The notes under the pieces were generated by a model. That model saw only the letters and a program-made list of their open reading frames with translations, did not search any database and had not been told where the DNA came from. Of a stretch of DNA of 64,000 bases, positions 15,999-28,149 are shown in pieces. Each line of letters opens with the position of its first letter. Position 1 is the stretch's first letter. This stretch comes from Rhynchopus sp. YZ270_cl-10. Its lineage: Eukaryota. Position numbers and translations under genes: made by a program. The stretch covers positions 1,054,001-1,118,000 of the forward strand of contig OZ037846.1 of the NCBI GenBank assembly GCA_964035575.1, written 5' to 3'.

Positions 15999-16598
15999 GT
16001 CCCGTTTGTGTTTCGGATTTTTGCGAACAGGGCCTATTAAAATTAAAGGCCAGTGTGTATTTTTTCTGGTTTGTTTCTCTTCTTACGCTGTCTTTATTTT
16101 CAAGTAATACCACACCCTCTCATCTGAGTCATCAGCCTGCTGATCAGGGTAACTGTTATAATATCAGCCTCTCTAGGTATTCTTGAGTCAACCTACGCAA
16201 GCCTTCTCTCGAAAGCTTTTCTGTTGCGATTCTACTATTCTATTTGTTCCGGTTTTAGCCTTTTCACAAGTTGTGTAATATTTGCAGGTACTCTCTGTTT
16301 TGATAGTTTCTCTTCCTTCTTCAACCAACAAAGATACCACCACCCCACCCCTTTCAATTTTTCATTTCCTCTATTCTTCCCATCCAAGCCCTCCCCTACC
16401 CCACACGAAACACACCAGGTTGCTCAGACTCGCTGCAGGGATGGTTTCTGGCTGAGCCCCAGCGAACATGGTTTCGATCATGCATGATTTCCAGTGACAT
16501 TGTACCTTCTCAAGCTTCTCTGCAACGAACCGGGGTCACGGCATGGGTCACATTGGGTGCATTGCCGGAGAATTTTCGAATTTTCGAATTTTTTTTTT

Positions 16599-18910
16599 GG
16601 GGAATAGTCAGTTATGCCCTACCCTTTTTTTGAAATGGTCAGAGATACCCGAAAATAAGTTCAGATATTGGTCAGAGATGCCCCATTTTCAAAAATAGGG
16701 CATAACTGACCAATATCTGAACTTATTTTCGGGTATTTCGGGTATCTCTGACTATTTCTCAACTTATTTTCGGGCATGTCTGACCATATCGCCAACTTTT
16801 TTCGGGTACCCCAAAAAAGTTGGTTTTCGGGTATACCCAGATACCCAGATACCCAGATACCCAGATACCCAGATACCCAGATACCCAGATACCCAGATAC
16901 CCAGATACCCAGATACCCAGATACCCAGATACCCAGATACCCAGATACCCAGATACCCAGATACCCAGATACCCAGATACCCAGATACCCAGATACCCAG
17001 ATACCCAGATACCCAGATACCCAGATACCCAGATACCCAGATACCCAGATACCCAGATACCAGGTCCAGGTCCAGGTACCCAGGAACAGGAAAAAAGTCG
17101 TGAAAGAGCAACCACAGCTCCACATGACAAACACAAAAGTGTCCAGTCACGTGGGGCATTCATGCACTGAGGAGATAATGATCCAACAATTTACAAGAAA
17201 GATTACTTAACCTACTGCTGGAAATTGCCAGGTCGTAGTAACACACAAAGTGTGCCTCCGTTCGGGAAGACCGGATATTCTAGAGACCAAAAAGGCCTCA
17301 AGAATATCTTCCGGTAGTCAAGGTAGAACCGAGTGAACGGCCCAAGACCCCCGTGGAGAAGTTAAATGTTGTAATGCTATCAGGTAGAAACTGCGAACAC
17401 TGTCTTACCCTCCTCAATGCATGGTGGTGTCTTCCACAACAAATTTCCTGTACCCAGGTACCCAGGTTTCCAGACCCACGCAGCACTACGTCGCAGTACT
17501 ACGCAAAATTTACCACCAGACCCTGTCTTCGTGCACCTGAAGTACAACGCCGCAGACAGGCCAAACATGCGTTGGACTCAGAGGAATGCCCGCTGTGCAG
17601 GTATCATGAGAACCAACTCCCAGCAACAAGGGGCGCCTTTTGGCGGGCGTTGTTGAGGGTGTTTGGGGTGCAAAGTTTTCCACAATTTTGATGCGCGGGT
17701 ACAGAAGTGTTATCTTGTTCTTTCATCTCTAAGAAATGTAAATGTCAATCGCGTTTAACTACCACGAGGGCTTGTTCAGTGAACCCACGAGGGGTCGAAG
17801 GGGGTTGGTTATCCCATATCTATCAAAGGTTGTGTCGACCAGGCTAAACCACTATGTTACGCTGTACGTTGTTAAATCCGAAGAAATAACACTTTAGCAG
17901 CCGCAGGAAGTTTGCTAAAAAGAGTGCCTCACGCTACACAAACCACCACCCGCGATTGACTTAGATGTTATAACAAAGAGAATTCAGAACAAAACAACAC
18001 CCTGCCCCATACACACTAAATTGTCATGCTTCAAGAGCATGCCTGGGCCAAAATTACTGTGACAAAAAAGGCAACAAGACCACCCACAAGGAGTGTGAAA
18101 TGTGCACTGGTTTTCTGGGGGAACGCAATATTTTCTTGTGCCTCGTCCTCCGTAAGCAGAGGACAGACTTTCCGGAAGGTTTCCAAAGTCGAATTTCTTG
18201 CACTAGCTATGCTCCCTGGGTTAATGGCTATAGCAGTGACTGACAAAGTGTTCCCACCCCCAGGTCTTCGTCCACAAACAAATCTAGAATAGATTGATTT
18301 GGGTGAAGCCTTGGATTTTGAGTTGTTGAATGTCGGAGAGCGGCGCTCATCGCAATCACGGATGCAGTTCAGATTTCACGATCCTGTGATGAGTGTAAAT
18401 GTGGGGTGTGATTAAGTTATGGTATACAAACGCAGTAGTCGGGAAGGGTGAGGTTAATGAAAAAAGTGGTAATAACTATGTATTTCCGCGAAATAAGGTA
18501 GCCTTTTTTCACGCTACAGAGAGTTTCCTGCTGCACTAATGGTTCCCAAGCGAAGCGAGGGACCATGTATAAGGGTTTGCGGGTTTGCGGGTATTTACCC
18601 CCACTAAAAGTGGCTGTGTGTGGGGTAGAGGGGTGAAAATCATACCATGCTGCTTCAATACTGTCTCTGCTGTCGCATTCCCTCATGGTGGGTCACTCAC
18701 CCACTGGGCAAAAAATCAAAGGGGGTACCCCCAAATAAGTGGGTACCCCAAATAAGTTCAGAGATACCCGAAAAAAGTTCAGATATACCCGAAAATAAGT
18801 TCAGATATAGTCAGTTATGCCCTATTTCTGGTTTTCGGGTATATCTGAACTTATTTTCGGGTATCTCTGACCATTTCAAAAAAAGGGTAGGGTATAACTG
18901 ACTATTCCCC
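16599..18910. mobile_element. Non-autonomous TIR element nested in the 11.75-kb element
   Basis: ~70-bp TIR GGGGAATAGTCAGTTAT(G/A)CCCTACCCT..GAAATGGTCAGAGATACCCGAAAATAAGTTCAGATAT; both flanks are T runs. Confidence 0.85.
16833..17060. repeat. (ATACCCAG)28 microsatellite
   Basis: Perfect 8-mer run. Confidence 0.97.
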
Positions 18911-19392
18911 TTTTTTTTTTTTTTTTTTTTTTTTGTGACCCCAAAAATTTGACAACACCTCAAAATAGTTTTTCCGACAGACCCTCCCATAGAAATTTGG
19001 TCGGCTAGGACCCCCCTACGCAATGTGACTAAGAACCACTATCCTACCAATTAATATTGGCGACCAAAAAAGTCGCCAATTACAAGAAAACCCCCAAAAT
19101 GCGCCAATATTTTCGTCGCCAAGTTTCTTGTCCTACTGTATGTTATTTGTATGGATAGTTGAAATGACGTTGCTATGAATTGGCAACGTTATAATTGCTG
19201 GTGTTCATCAGTTTTATTTGACTTCAGCCACATCATTGAGAACACCACTTCATGTTTCGCGCTGTTTCCAAGACGTCTGCAGGTCTTCCTCTCTCTCGCC
19301 ACTGCAGGAAGAAGGTGCCACCTGGGATGGTTCCGTCATAGCGTGCAGGTGTTTCTCACACAGCTTGCACCCTACAGATACTGACACACACA

Positions 19393-21123
19393 ATGGGCTG
19401 TCTGGATGATGTGCTGTCCTTGGACGGGACACTGGATAAGAGAAGCACGCAGAAGCGCACGTTGTTCTTCGTCATGAACTTGTCGGGGCTGTTTCTGCAG
19501 ACGGCGGCAGCGATTCAGACGTGGGCAGACCCGCGTGGCCGCTACATCTATTGCGTAGTGAGTGCACTCACGAGTTGTCTGTCGCTCGCTGCCGTCGTGC
19601 AGGTACTGCGACGCTGCCAGCTGACCCCATTGCGGTTGGTATTCTTCGGCTACGCGTACTGCCTCTCCATCCTGTCTAGCGACCTCACAGCGCGCACTGC
19701 AGGGAACAACGCTTGGCCCATCCTCGTTGTGGTGGTGGACTACCTGCTTGTGATGGAGGTGCCCACGTGCTACAGTGTAGGCGTCGTGTGCGTAGCGTCG
19801 CTGTACTTCGTCGTTATGACCGTCGAGGAAGCCTTCAGGTTTGGCATCCTCGACATGCCAGGTCTCATGCCGCAGGAGGAGAGGGCCATCTACATGTTAG
19901 ATCCGGTAAGCTGCACTGATCTGCCCTGCGCGCGCAACACAGTGAGTTACCAGCTCGTGGCCGTGATGGTGTTTGTGACAGACTTTGTGCTTACAAGAAG
20001 CTTTGCGCGTGGTCTCCTGAAGGAGCAAGAGTCAATGGAGCGGACGATCAACGTTGTGCAGGAGATTGCGTCGTTGCTGGCTGGCTACGACGTGGAGCAG
20101 GTGGCGGAGCTGTTGAAGGTGCATGGGGGTGACCTGCCTGAGGGGATGACAGAGGCACTTCGGAGACTGGAGGAGAACCTGCGTGTGTACAAGGCGTACC
20201 TCCCGAAGACGTGTCTGCCGTTTGCGACTGAAAGAGACGCTGAGCAATCGTTCTCGGAATCCATGAGCGCAGGGGACGAGGCTCCAGACTCTATCGAAAG
20301 GTCAGCATCTTCAGCTCTTTCTGCGGTGCTGTTCCAGACTGTGCATCTCCAACAGTTAGGCCTCTTGTCTGCGAAGGTAACGCTGCTGACAGTGAACGTG
20401 AAGGACACACTGATCCGCTTGGTGGAAGACAGTGCATGTTTCTCGGACCTGTTCACAACTCTTCTTCTGAAGACGTTGCAGGGAACAGAGACAAGACGTG
20501 GGATGGTGGACGTGTTCATCGGTGACAGGATCCACTGCTCGTTCAACGCGTCGAAGCAGTGTGCGTCGCACGCAACCTCAGCACTGCACACAGCCACCCT
20601 GCTCATCAGAGGTGGTGTCACATCGTACGCGAACATGGGTGTTGCAACGGGAACATTGCTGCGTGGTGACATGGGTTGTGAGGTGATGCGTCGGTTCAGC
20701 ATGGTGGGGGAGCTTGTGCGTGATGTGAACGGGCTGGAACGTGTGGGGCGTATGCTGGGGTGTGATGTGGTGTGCAACAGGATGTGCTTCAGCGATGCTG
20801 AGTGCGAACACCAGCTGCGTCTGCTTCCGTGCAAGGTGGAGGTTGCCTCTGGCTGTGAGGCACAGGTTGTGGCGGAACTGATTGCGAAACAAGAGAACAC
20901 AGCGGAAACAGGAGACGAATGGATGTACATGATTGGTGGGAAGAAGGACTGGGACGAGTACAACAATGCCGTGCGTGGGTATCTGCGTGGTGAGCAGTCT
21001 GACCTTGACGTTGCTATGGCATGGTCAGCTGCGGGAGGGGTTGGCACACCAGCACATGCAGTTCCTTCTGGGACGTGCCGTGTTGTGTGTTGCTATATTG
21101 CAAAGCCATCTGCAGCACTGTAA
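19393..21123 (+). CDS. Type B membrane pseudo-cyclase, 576 aa
   Basis: Paralog of 2447..4165 with the same degenerate motifs. Confidence 0.85.
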   Translation: MGCLDDVLSLDGTLDKRSTQKRTLFFVMNLSGLFLQTAAAIQTWADPRGRYIYCVVSALTSCLSLAAVVQVLRRCQLTPLRLVFFGYAYCLSILSSDLTARTAGNNAWPILVVVVDYLLVMEVPTCYSVGVVCVASLYFVVMTVEEAFRFGILDMPGLMPQEERAIYMLDPVSCTDLPCARNTVSYQLVAVMVFVTDFVLTRSFARGLLKEQESMERTINVVQEIASLLAGYDVEQVAELLKVHGGDLPEGMTEALRRLEENLRVYKAYLPKTCLPFATERDAEQSFSESMSAGDEAPDSIERSASSALSAVLFQTVHLQQLGLLSAKVTLLTVNVKDTLIRLVEDSACFSDLFTTLLLKTLQGTETRRGMVDVFIGDRIHCSFNASKQCASHATSALHTATLLIRGGVTSYANMGVATGTLLRGDMGCEVMRRFSMVGELVRDVNGLERVGRMLGCDVVCNRMCFSDAECEHQLRLLPCKVEVASGCEAQVVAELIAKQENTAETGDEWMYMIGGKKDWDEYNNAVRGYLRGEQSDLDVAMAWSAAGGVGTPAHAVPSGTCRVVCCYIAKPSAAL

Positions 21124-21603
21124 CTAGTAAAACTGGGCATGCGGTGCTGAGCCGGTGATATGGCCATGATCACGTCTTGTTTGTGTTTGTCAACACACTA
21201 CAAGGGTTCTATGTAATGCATGCGTATCTTGCCTTTCGGTCTGCAGTCATGTTACGCCTTTCTCACATATGTGCAATACTTTTTCTTACATGATTACATG
21301 CAATGCTAAAAGGAAATTGAACACCGTACCCCTGCCTTCCTTTTTCTGTTTTCCATTCTGGGGTGGGTTGGAGTAGAGCCACTTTTGCCTGTATTACATT
21401 CGAGACTCAGCGTCCCAAGCACGTCCCTGTAAATGCTTTGTACCGTGCATCCACAGAAATTTACATGGTTGCCGTTTGCGCCCACAACTTTCCCTTCCTT
21501 CTCCCTGTTTCCCCCCTTTTCCAATCCAGCACAACCTGTTCACCAGGCTAAATGAAAGTATCCCACGCATGATTGTAGAAGAATTCACAATCGTACACAC
21601 ACA

Positions 21604-23694
21604 ATGGGCTGTCTGGATGCTGCGCTGTCGCTGGACGGGACACTGGACAAGAAGAGTACGCAGAAGCGGACGTTGTTCCTCACCGTGAACGTGGCAGCGT
21701 TTCTTTTACTTTTGGCAGGGCCTGGGCTGTCATTAACGGCTCTGAATGGTCGTTATTGGTACTGTGTGGCGAGCGTGTTGGCGTTCTGCATGTCGCTGTG
21801 TGGAATAGCAACGGTGCTGTGCAGGTGCAAACTGACCACAAGCATCATTGTGTCTCTTGCCTACGCCTACAGTATGGCTATCCTGGTCACTGACTTCACA
21901 GCCCGTGCTGCAAGTACCACTGCATGGCCTGTTCTCGTTGTGGTGGTGGACTTCCTGCTTGTGATGGCAGTGCCCGCACCATACAGCATGTGGTTAGTGT
22001 GCGTCACAGTGCTGTACTTCGTTGTCATATCTGTTGAGGAAGCCTTCAGGTTTGGCCTGCTTGACATACCTGGTATCATGCCGCAGGAGGAGAGGGCTGC
22101 CTACATGGCTGAGGCGTACCAGTGTACGAAGCTGCCCTGTCCTAGCAACACGGCAGGTTTCCAAACTATCGCTGTAATGGTGTTCGTAACAGACTTCATC
22201 GTTACACGAGGCTTTGCACGTGGTCTCCTGAAGGAGCAAGAGTCAATGGAGCGGACGATCAACGTTGTGCAGGAGATTGCGTCGTTGCTGGCTGGCTACG
22301 ACGTGGAGCAGGTGGCGGAGCTGTTGAAGGTGCATGAGGGTGACCTGCCTGAGGGGATGACAGAGGCACTGCGTAACTTGGAGGAGAACCTGCGGAAGTA
22401 CCGTCCCTACCTCCCTGCTGCGCTGTTTGAGGCTGAGGTGGATGAGGGCGGTGTGCAGCAGCCGACTGTGGCACCGCCTGGGCTTGTCAGCGAGACAGCT
22501 ACACTTGTGTTCACAGACATCCGTGCTTCAACACAGATCTGGGAGAACGCACCTGAGGGGATGCGTGCTGGACTGCAGATCCACAACGCTGTGGTGCGTG
22601 ATGTGATGCGGATGTGCGGTGGGTACGAGGTGAAGACCATTGGCGACGCATTCATGATTGCCTTTGCATCCACTTGCGACGGTGTGGCGTTTGGGTTGCG
22701 TGTGCAGGAACGTCTGTTTGAAGCAGACTGGCCTGTGTCTCTGCTTGAGGATGCACCAATCTGCTCTCGGCAGGGGTCGCTGTGGGGTGGTCTGACTGTG
22801 CGCATTGGTGTGAACACTGGCCCTGTGACTGTGGAGCAGAACACACTGACGGGACGGACAGACTATCTTGGACACACAGTGAACGTTGCTGCACGCCTTG
22901 AGAGCACATGCACACCTGGTGCTGTGGCTTTGCCCTCTGACCTGTGGACGTCTGTCTCTGGATTATGCAGTGCTGTTGCTGGTGTGCCAGAGGCAGTTCA
23001 CTTGAAGGGTGTGGCAGACAGCATGTTGGTGTGCTGTGTGTGGCCTGTCTCGCTTGGGGGACGAAAGGGCACGCCACTGCGTGAATTTGCTTCAGCAGAA
23101 AAGTCTCTGACCGATTCGGCGAGCCTGTTTTCAACTATGTCTTCTGAGGATTCGTACCGGGCATTGGCACACCCTACCAGGCAGGTCTCCGGCACTGTGG
23201 GAGTTGCACAGCTTGCAGTGGGTGACGTGGTGCACAACACAGCTTTTGACCACATGAGCTGCAGGTTGACGACACTGACGATCACACTGGAGCAGAGTGG
23301 AGGGAGTCTGGTGACGCTGCTTGGGAACTGTGTGTGTGTTGGGTGGAACGTGTCGCGATCTGCACCTGCACACATGGAGAACGCGATACGGTTTGTGCAG
23401 CGCATGTCTGTGAAGTCTGCACTGAACGGGGCTGGTCTTGCAAGCGGTCCTGTGCAGCACGGGGATGTTGGTGCACGGAGCCAGCGCTTTGTGACTGTGA
23501 TGGGGGATGTTGTGCGTCGGAGTTGGGCGCTGTGCGAGGAGGCTGTGCGTGACGGGGTTGTGTGTCTGTACGAGCCTCCTGAAGGGACAACACTGCCGTC
23601 TGCACTTGAAGACGTTCTTGTCCGGCACAAGGGTTGTTACCGTGTCCTTGAGGTACAGGAGAACTGGGGCACGATCGATGTGTTGCAGTCTTAA
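21604..23694 (+). CDS. Type A multi-pass membrane adenylate cyclase (class III), 696 aa, with a degenerate second cyclase domain
   Basis: LVFTDIRAST, YEVKTIGDAFMIAF, VRIGVNTG, RTDYLGHTVNVAARLES: both metal Asp, the ATP-specifying Lys/Asp and the Asn/Arg are present. Confidence 0.92.
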   Translation: MGCLDAALSLDGTLDKKSTQKRTLFLTVNVAAFLLLLAGPGLSLTALNGRYWYCVASVLAFCMSLCGIATVLCRCKLTTSIIVSLAYAYSMAILVTDFTARAASTTAWPVLVVVVDFLLVMAVPAPYSMWLVCVTVLYFVVISVEEAFRFGLLDIPGIMPQEERAAYMAEAYQCTKLPCPSNTAGFQTIAVMVFVTDFIVTRGFARGLLKEQESMERTINVVQEIASLLAGYDVEQVAELLKVHEGDLPEGMTEALRNLEENLRKYRPYLPAALFEAEVDEGGVQQPTVAPPGLVSETATLVFTDIRASTQIWENAPEGMRAGLQIHNAVVRDVMRMCGGYEVKTIGDAFMIAFASTCDGVAFGLRVQERLFEADWPVSLLEDAPICSRQGSLWGGLTVRIGVNTGPVTVEQNTLTGRTDYLGHTVNVAARLESTCTPGAVALPSDLWTSVSGLCSAVAGVPEAVHLKGVADSMLVCCVWPVSLGGRKGTPLREFASAEKSLTDSASLFSTMSSEDSYRALAHPTRQVSGTVGVAQLAVGDVVHNTAFDHMSCRLTTLTITLEQSGGSLVTLLGNCVCVGWNVSRSAPAHMENAIRFVQRMSVKSALNGAGLASGPVQHGDVGARSQRFVTVMGDVVRRSWALCEEAVRDGVVCLYEPPEGTTLPSALEDVLVRHKGCYRVLEVQENWGTIDVLQS

Positions 23695-26463
23695 TTTGTT
23701 GCAAAAATATATCTGTGGCAGCGAATTGTGGGGAAAATGCGTGCGATATTTTTGATGGTGTCTTGTTTGAATTCCCGACCTTGAGGTTTTGTGATTGGTG
23801 CGCTGTTTTTTTGAGAAGTGCGGTTATTAATGCGCTGCTGACTTTCACTCACCACGTCCCCCTATTCCGACACCCCAAATGAGTCACTCCCCCCCGGGTG
23901 GACTCCACCGTGTACCTGTGTGTGACCATACCCCAGATGGTCTGAAGAGTGATACGAGCATATTCTCCAGGTACAATATATACCCGGAGAATCCATTGGA
24001 GCAAGAATTTTGCACTTTGGAGCACCACAGATTACATGTTGCATGAGCACTGTGAATTGTTATGTCGAATAGCCTCAAGGTTCCGCACGTCGGTTGGTCA
24101 TGGATTCAAGTCACAAAGCAACAGAAAAAGTGGATTCATCCTCGGGTGTCTACACACAACCAGGTTTTCAAAAAAAAACAAAAAAGTAAACACATTTCTT
24201 AAAAAAGGAGTTTCAGGAAATCGTTCCCTTTTACCAGGGTCTCTTTTTCTTTCCAATCACCTTCGCAACATTAGTGCCACTTCTGTCGCTCTTATAAGAT
24301 CTTGTTACTTTCATTTCCTGCAAACAAGCAAAATGGGATGGCGACATCATCCCCTCACAACCGTCTTTTCTGGCATCGCAACCTAACCGTTCGGCCAGCC
24401 TCATCATAGGAGTGTCGTGTGTGATCTCCGCGCAGCCGGCAACTTGCTTCACGAAGCTTAAAATGTTTGCACGTGTCTGTGCCGCAGGGTGTCCCCGTTA
24501 CTGACGTCAGTTCTTAGGTGTTTTTTTTTTTTATGTCAACCCAGTGTTTCCCAGCATCTCACCTAACTCTGAAAATAGGTGAGATTTTGCGGTTTTGCGG
24601 GTTTTTGTATAGGTGTGGCGAGCCCGGGCGCGCTTCGCGCGCCCGGGTCCCCACCTTAGCTCAAGTTGGGGGCCTCCGGCGGAATGTGAGAATTTCTCGG
24701 AGTTCGGCACTTCATTGATATTTGCACCAGGCACACGTGGTACACGAATTATCAGTAACCTCAGTACATTTACAAAATAAACGGCAGTCATGGCAGGCAT
24801 GGCACCCAAGCGAAGCCACGGTACGCAACATTTCTAATAATTGTTGACATAAATGTCACTGTCGTTGGAAGATTGGGGGGTCAGCTTGTTTTTGTGCCCA
24901 AAATTTCTCAGCACTGCCGACCAGGGACATTGGGAACATAGGGATTTTTGCGGAGCAAAAAAAAATCAAACAAATGGCGCCGCAGGCGAAAAAAAATTAG
25001 GGTACAGTGTAAAAATCTATCTTTTTTACAGCACATAGTCACACACCTAACCCTTTTTTGCGGAGCAAAAAAGGGAAAATGGCGCCGCAGGCAAAAAAAA
25101 ATTGAGGTACAGCCTGGATGGTGCGGTCAGCAACCCAGTTCCCCATGGTACTCCCGTGGTTCAACCATGATTTTTTTTTTTTTTTTTTCCCCTGCAGGTG
25201 AGATTTCTCACCTCACTTTTTTTTTTTTTTTTTTTTTTTTTGTGAGATTTCTCACCCCAAAATCTCACCGTGGGAAACACTGTGTCAACCACAAAATGGA
25301 TGTAGGACTGCATGGTTGGGTGTCCACCCAGGTAGAGCCGGTCATACCAAGGTACACTCACGAGGTCTTTGTATTTCAAGTCAACTTTTTTTACGTACAA
25401 CCTTAGAACCGGTATGCAGACACTGCTAACAGAGGTTTGTTCCTGCGTAGTGTGCGTGCAACTTCCGTTGCAGGCACATGCATGCGACCCTTTTCTGCCC
25501 TCGATTTTCACCCCCAATAATGCTTGTGGAAAATTTTACTGGTTTGAAAAATTGCATCGCCCCCCTTCATCGAAACCCCTCCACCAGCCAGAGAAGAAGG
25601 TCTAGCGGGTGCTTTTACACTGATCGGTCATAAACAATGGGCTGCCTGGATGCTGTGCTGTCGCTGGATGGGACACTGGACAAGAGACAGAGGCAGAAGC
25701 GGACGTTGTTCTTGGTACTCAACATAGCAGGGTTGATTCTGCAGACGCTTGGTTCACTTGAAGCCTATGCAGTGCCACGTGGACGGTACTTCTTTTACAT
25801 TTCGAGTATTATCACCAGCTGTGCGTCTCTGTGTGCTATCGTGCTGGTGCTCTGCAAGTTCAAGGTCACGACGACGTCCATTATGATTCTTGCGTACATC
25901 TACAGCGTATCCACGTTTAGTGCAGACCTCACAGCGCGTGCTGCAGGGAACACTTCATGGCCTGTTCTCGTGCTTGTGGTTGATTTTGTGCTTGTGATGG
26001 AGGTGCCCGCCCACCACAGTATGGGTATCGTCAGTGTGGCAGTAGTCTACTTCGTGATCATGTCTGTGGAAGAGGCGTTCAGGTTCGGCATCCTCGACAT
26101 ACCTGGTATCATGCCGCAGGAGGAGAGGCTTCACTACATGGAAGAGACGTACCAATGTACAGAGCTTCCCTGCCCTAATAACTCAGCGAACTATCAGGTT
26201 GCTGCTGTTATTGTGTTTGTAACTGACTTCATCGCAACGCGAGGCTTCGCGCGTGGTCTCCTGAAGGAGCAGGAGTCAATGCAAACAACGATCAACACCG
26301 TGCAGGAGATTGCGTCGTTGCTGGCTGGCTACGACGTGGAGCAGGTGGCGGAGCTGTTGAAGGCGCATGGGGGTGACCTGCCTGAGGGGATGACAGAGGC
26401 ACTTCGGAGACTGGAGGAGAACCTGCGTGTGTACAAGGCGTACCTCCCGCAGACGTGTCTGCC
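23191..26463 (+). repeat. Segmental duplication copy 2
   Basis: Reads identical to 1..3273. Confidence 0.95.
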
Positions 26464-27373
26464 TTTTGACAACGAGAAAGAGAACGATTATGTGTCCGAG
26501 AGTTCTGCAAGTGGAGGACAGGATTCTGAAGACTCGTTGTCAAGGTCGGGGTCTTCATCTCTTCATGCATCAATGTTTATGCAGACTGCACCGCTTCAAC
26601 AGTTGGGCCTGTCGTCTGCGAAGGTAACGCTGCTGACAGTGAACGTGAAGGACACACTGATCCGCTTGGTGGAAGACAGTGCATGTTTCTCGGACCTGTT
26701 CACAACTCTTCTTCTGAAGACGTTGCAGGGAACAGAGACAAGACGTGGGATGGTGGACGTGTTCATCGGTGACAGGATCCACTGCTCGTTCAACGCGTCA
26801 AAGCAGTGTGCGTCGCACGCAACCTCAGCACTGCACACAGCCACCCTGCTCATCAGAGGTGGTGTCACATCGTACGCGAACATGAGTGTTGCGACTGGGA
26901 AGGTGCTGCGTGGTGACATGGGTTGTGAGGTGATGCGTCGGTTCAGCATGGTGGGGGAGCTTGTGCGTGATGTGAACGGGCTGGAACGTGTGGGGCGTAT
27001 GCTGGGGTGTGATGTGGTGTGCAACAGGATGTGCTTCAGCGATGCTGAGTGCGAACACCAGCTGCGTCTGCTTCCGTGCAAGGTGGAAGTTGCCTCTGGC
27101 TGTGAGGCACAGGTTGTGGCGGAACTGATTGCAAATGAGGAGGAGGAGACAGCGGAAACAGCAGACGAATGGATGTACATGATTGGTGGGAAGAAGGACT
27201 GGGAGGAGTACAACATTGCCGTGCGTGGGTACCTGCGTGGTGAGCAGTCTGACCTTGACGTTGCTATGGCATGGTCAGCTGCGGGAGGGGTTGGCACACC
27301 AGCACACGCAGTTCCTTCTGGGACGTGCCGTGTTGTGTGTTCCTATCTTCGGGATATTGCAGGTCTGCAGTGA
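25637..27373 (+). CDS. Type B membrane pseudo-cyclase, 578 aa
   Basis: N-terminal half identical to the 2447 gene; degenerate cyclase motifs. Confidence 0.85.
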   Translation: MGCLDAVLSLDGTLDKRQRQKRTLFLVLNIAGLILQTLGSLEAYAVPRGRYFFYISSIITSCASLCAIVLVLCKFKVTTTSIMILAYIYSVSTFSADLTARAAGNTSWPVLVLVVDFVLVMEVPAHHSMGIVSVAVVYFVIMSVEEAFRFGILDIPGIMPQEERLHYMEETYQCTELPCPNNSANYQVAAVIVFVTDFIATRGFARGLLKEQESMQTTINTVQEIASLLAGYDVEQVAELLKAHGGDLPEGMTEALRRLEENLRVYKAYLPQTCLPFDNEKENDYVSESSASGGQDSEDSLSRSGSSSLHASMFMQTAPLQQLGLSSAKVTLLTVNVKDTLIRLVEDSACFSDLFTTLLLKTLQGTETRRGMVDVFIGDRIHCSFNASKQCASHATSALHTATLLIRGGVTSYANMSVATGKVLRGDMGCEVMRRFSMVGELVRDVNGLERVGRMLGCDVVCNRMCFSDAECEHQLRLLPCKVEVASGCEAQVVAELIANEEEETAETADEWMYMIGGKKDWEEYNIAVRGYLRGEQSDLDVAMAWSAAGGVGTPAHAVPSGTCRVVCSYLRDIAGLQ

Positions 27374-28149
27374 TTTGCTTACACAGGGCACCCTGCTCTA
27401 TTCAACTCACTCGCGGCCACCTCTCCCCTCCCACGCAATGTACACTTCACATTTCGATTTTTTCAAAGAAGCCCTTCCTCTTTCCCTTCTTCCCTGACCT
27501 CTCCAAACCCACAGAAGTTTGTGATTATCTCCCCATTTTTTGTTATCACCGATTTTAGAAATTTTGTGTTTTTTTGGCAGTAAATCAACTTCCACTCCAC
27601 TAATCTAATCGAGTAAAAATATGGTGGACTCAGCGGAGGTCAGTCCCGGCGGGGAAAATGCAGAAATCAGCACAATAGTGCCTTTGTGAGATGCTTAAAT
27701 GCAAAAATGGACCCCATTTTTGGGTGTATTTTTTAGGGGTCCCACGGAGGACGTGATTTTGATGTGAAAATTTTTGTCAAAAAAAAATGTGAAAAATTAC
27801 TATGTCGAGCTTTTGTGTGAAATAAAGCCAATGCAGAAATTTTTGAGTGTTTTTGACCATCTGTGGGTAGCGCATATTTTTTCTAGCAAAAGTGGATTTT
27901 TTGGGAATTTTTTGGGAATTTTGCCCTTTTTTCGGAAATGGAAAAATAATACGACAGTGAAGTTATGGGTGGAGGATTTTTTTCGGGTTTCGTATTTGAA
28001 CGATCTGGTGCAAATGAAGTGAATGCCTGAAATTTTGACGACTTTCGAGACAATTTTTCGAACTCAGAAACAAATTGTCGGTGGGGGGATTTTGGGGATT
28101 TTTGACCGAGATCTGACTTTTTTGTAAGGTGGACTTGAAGAAAACCTGG

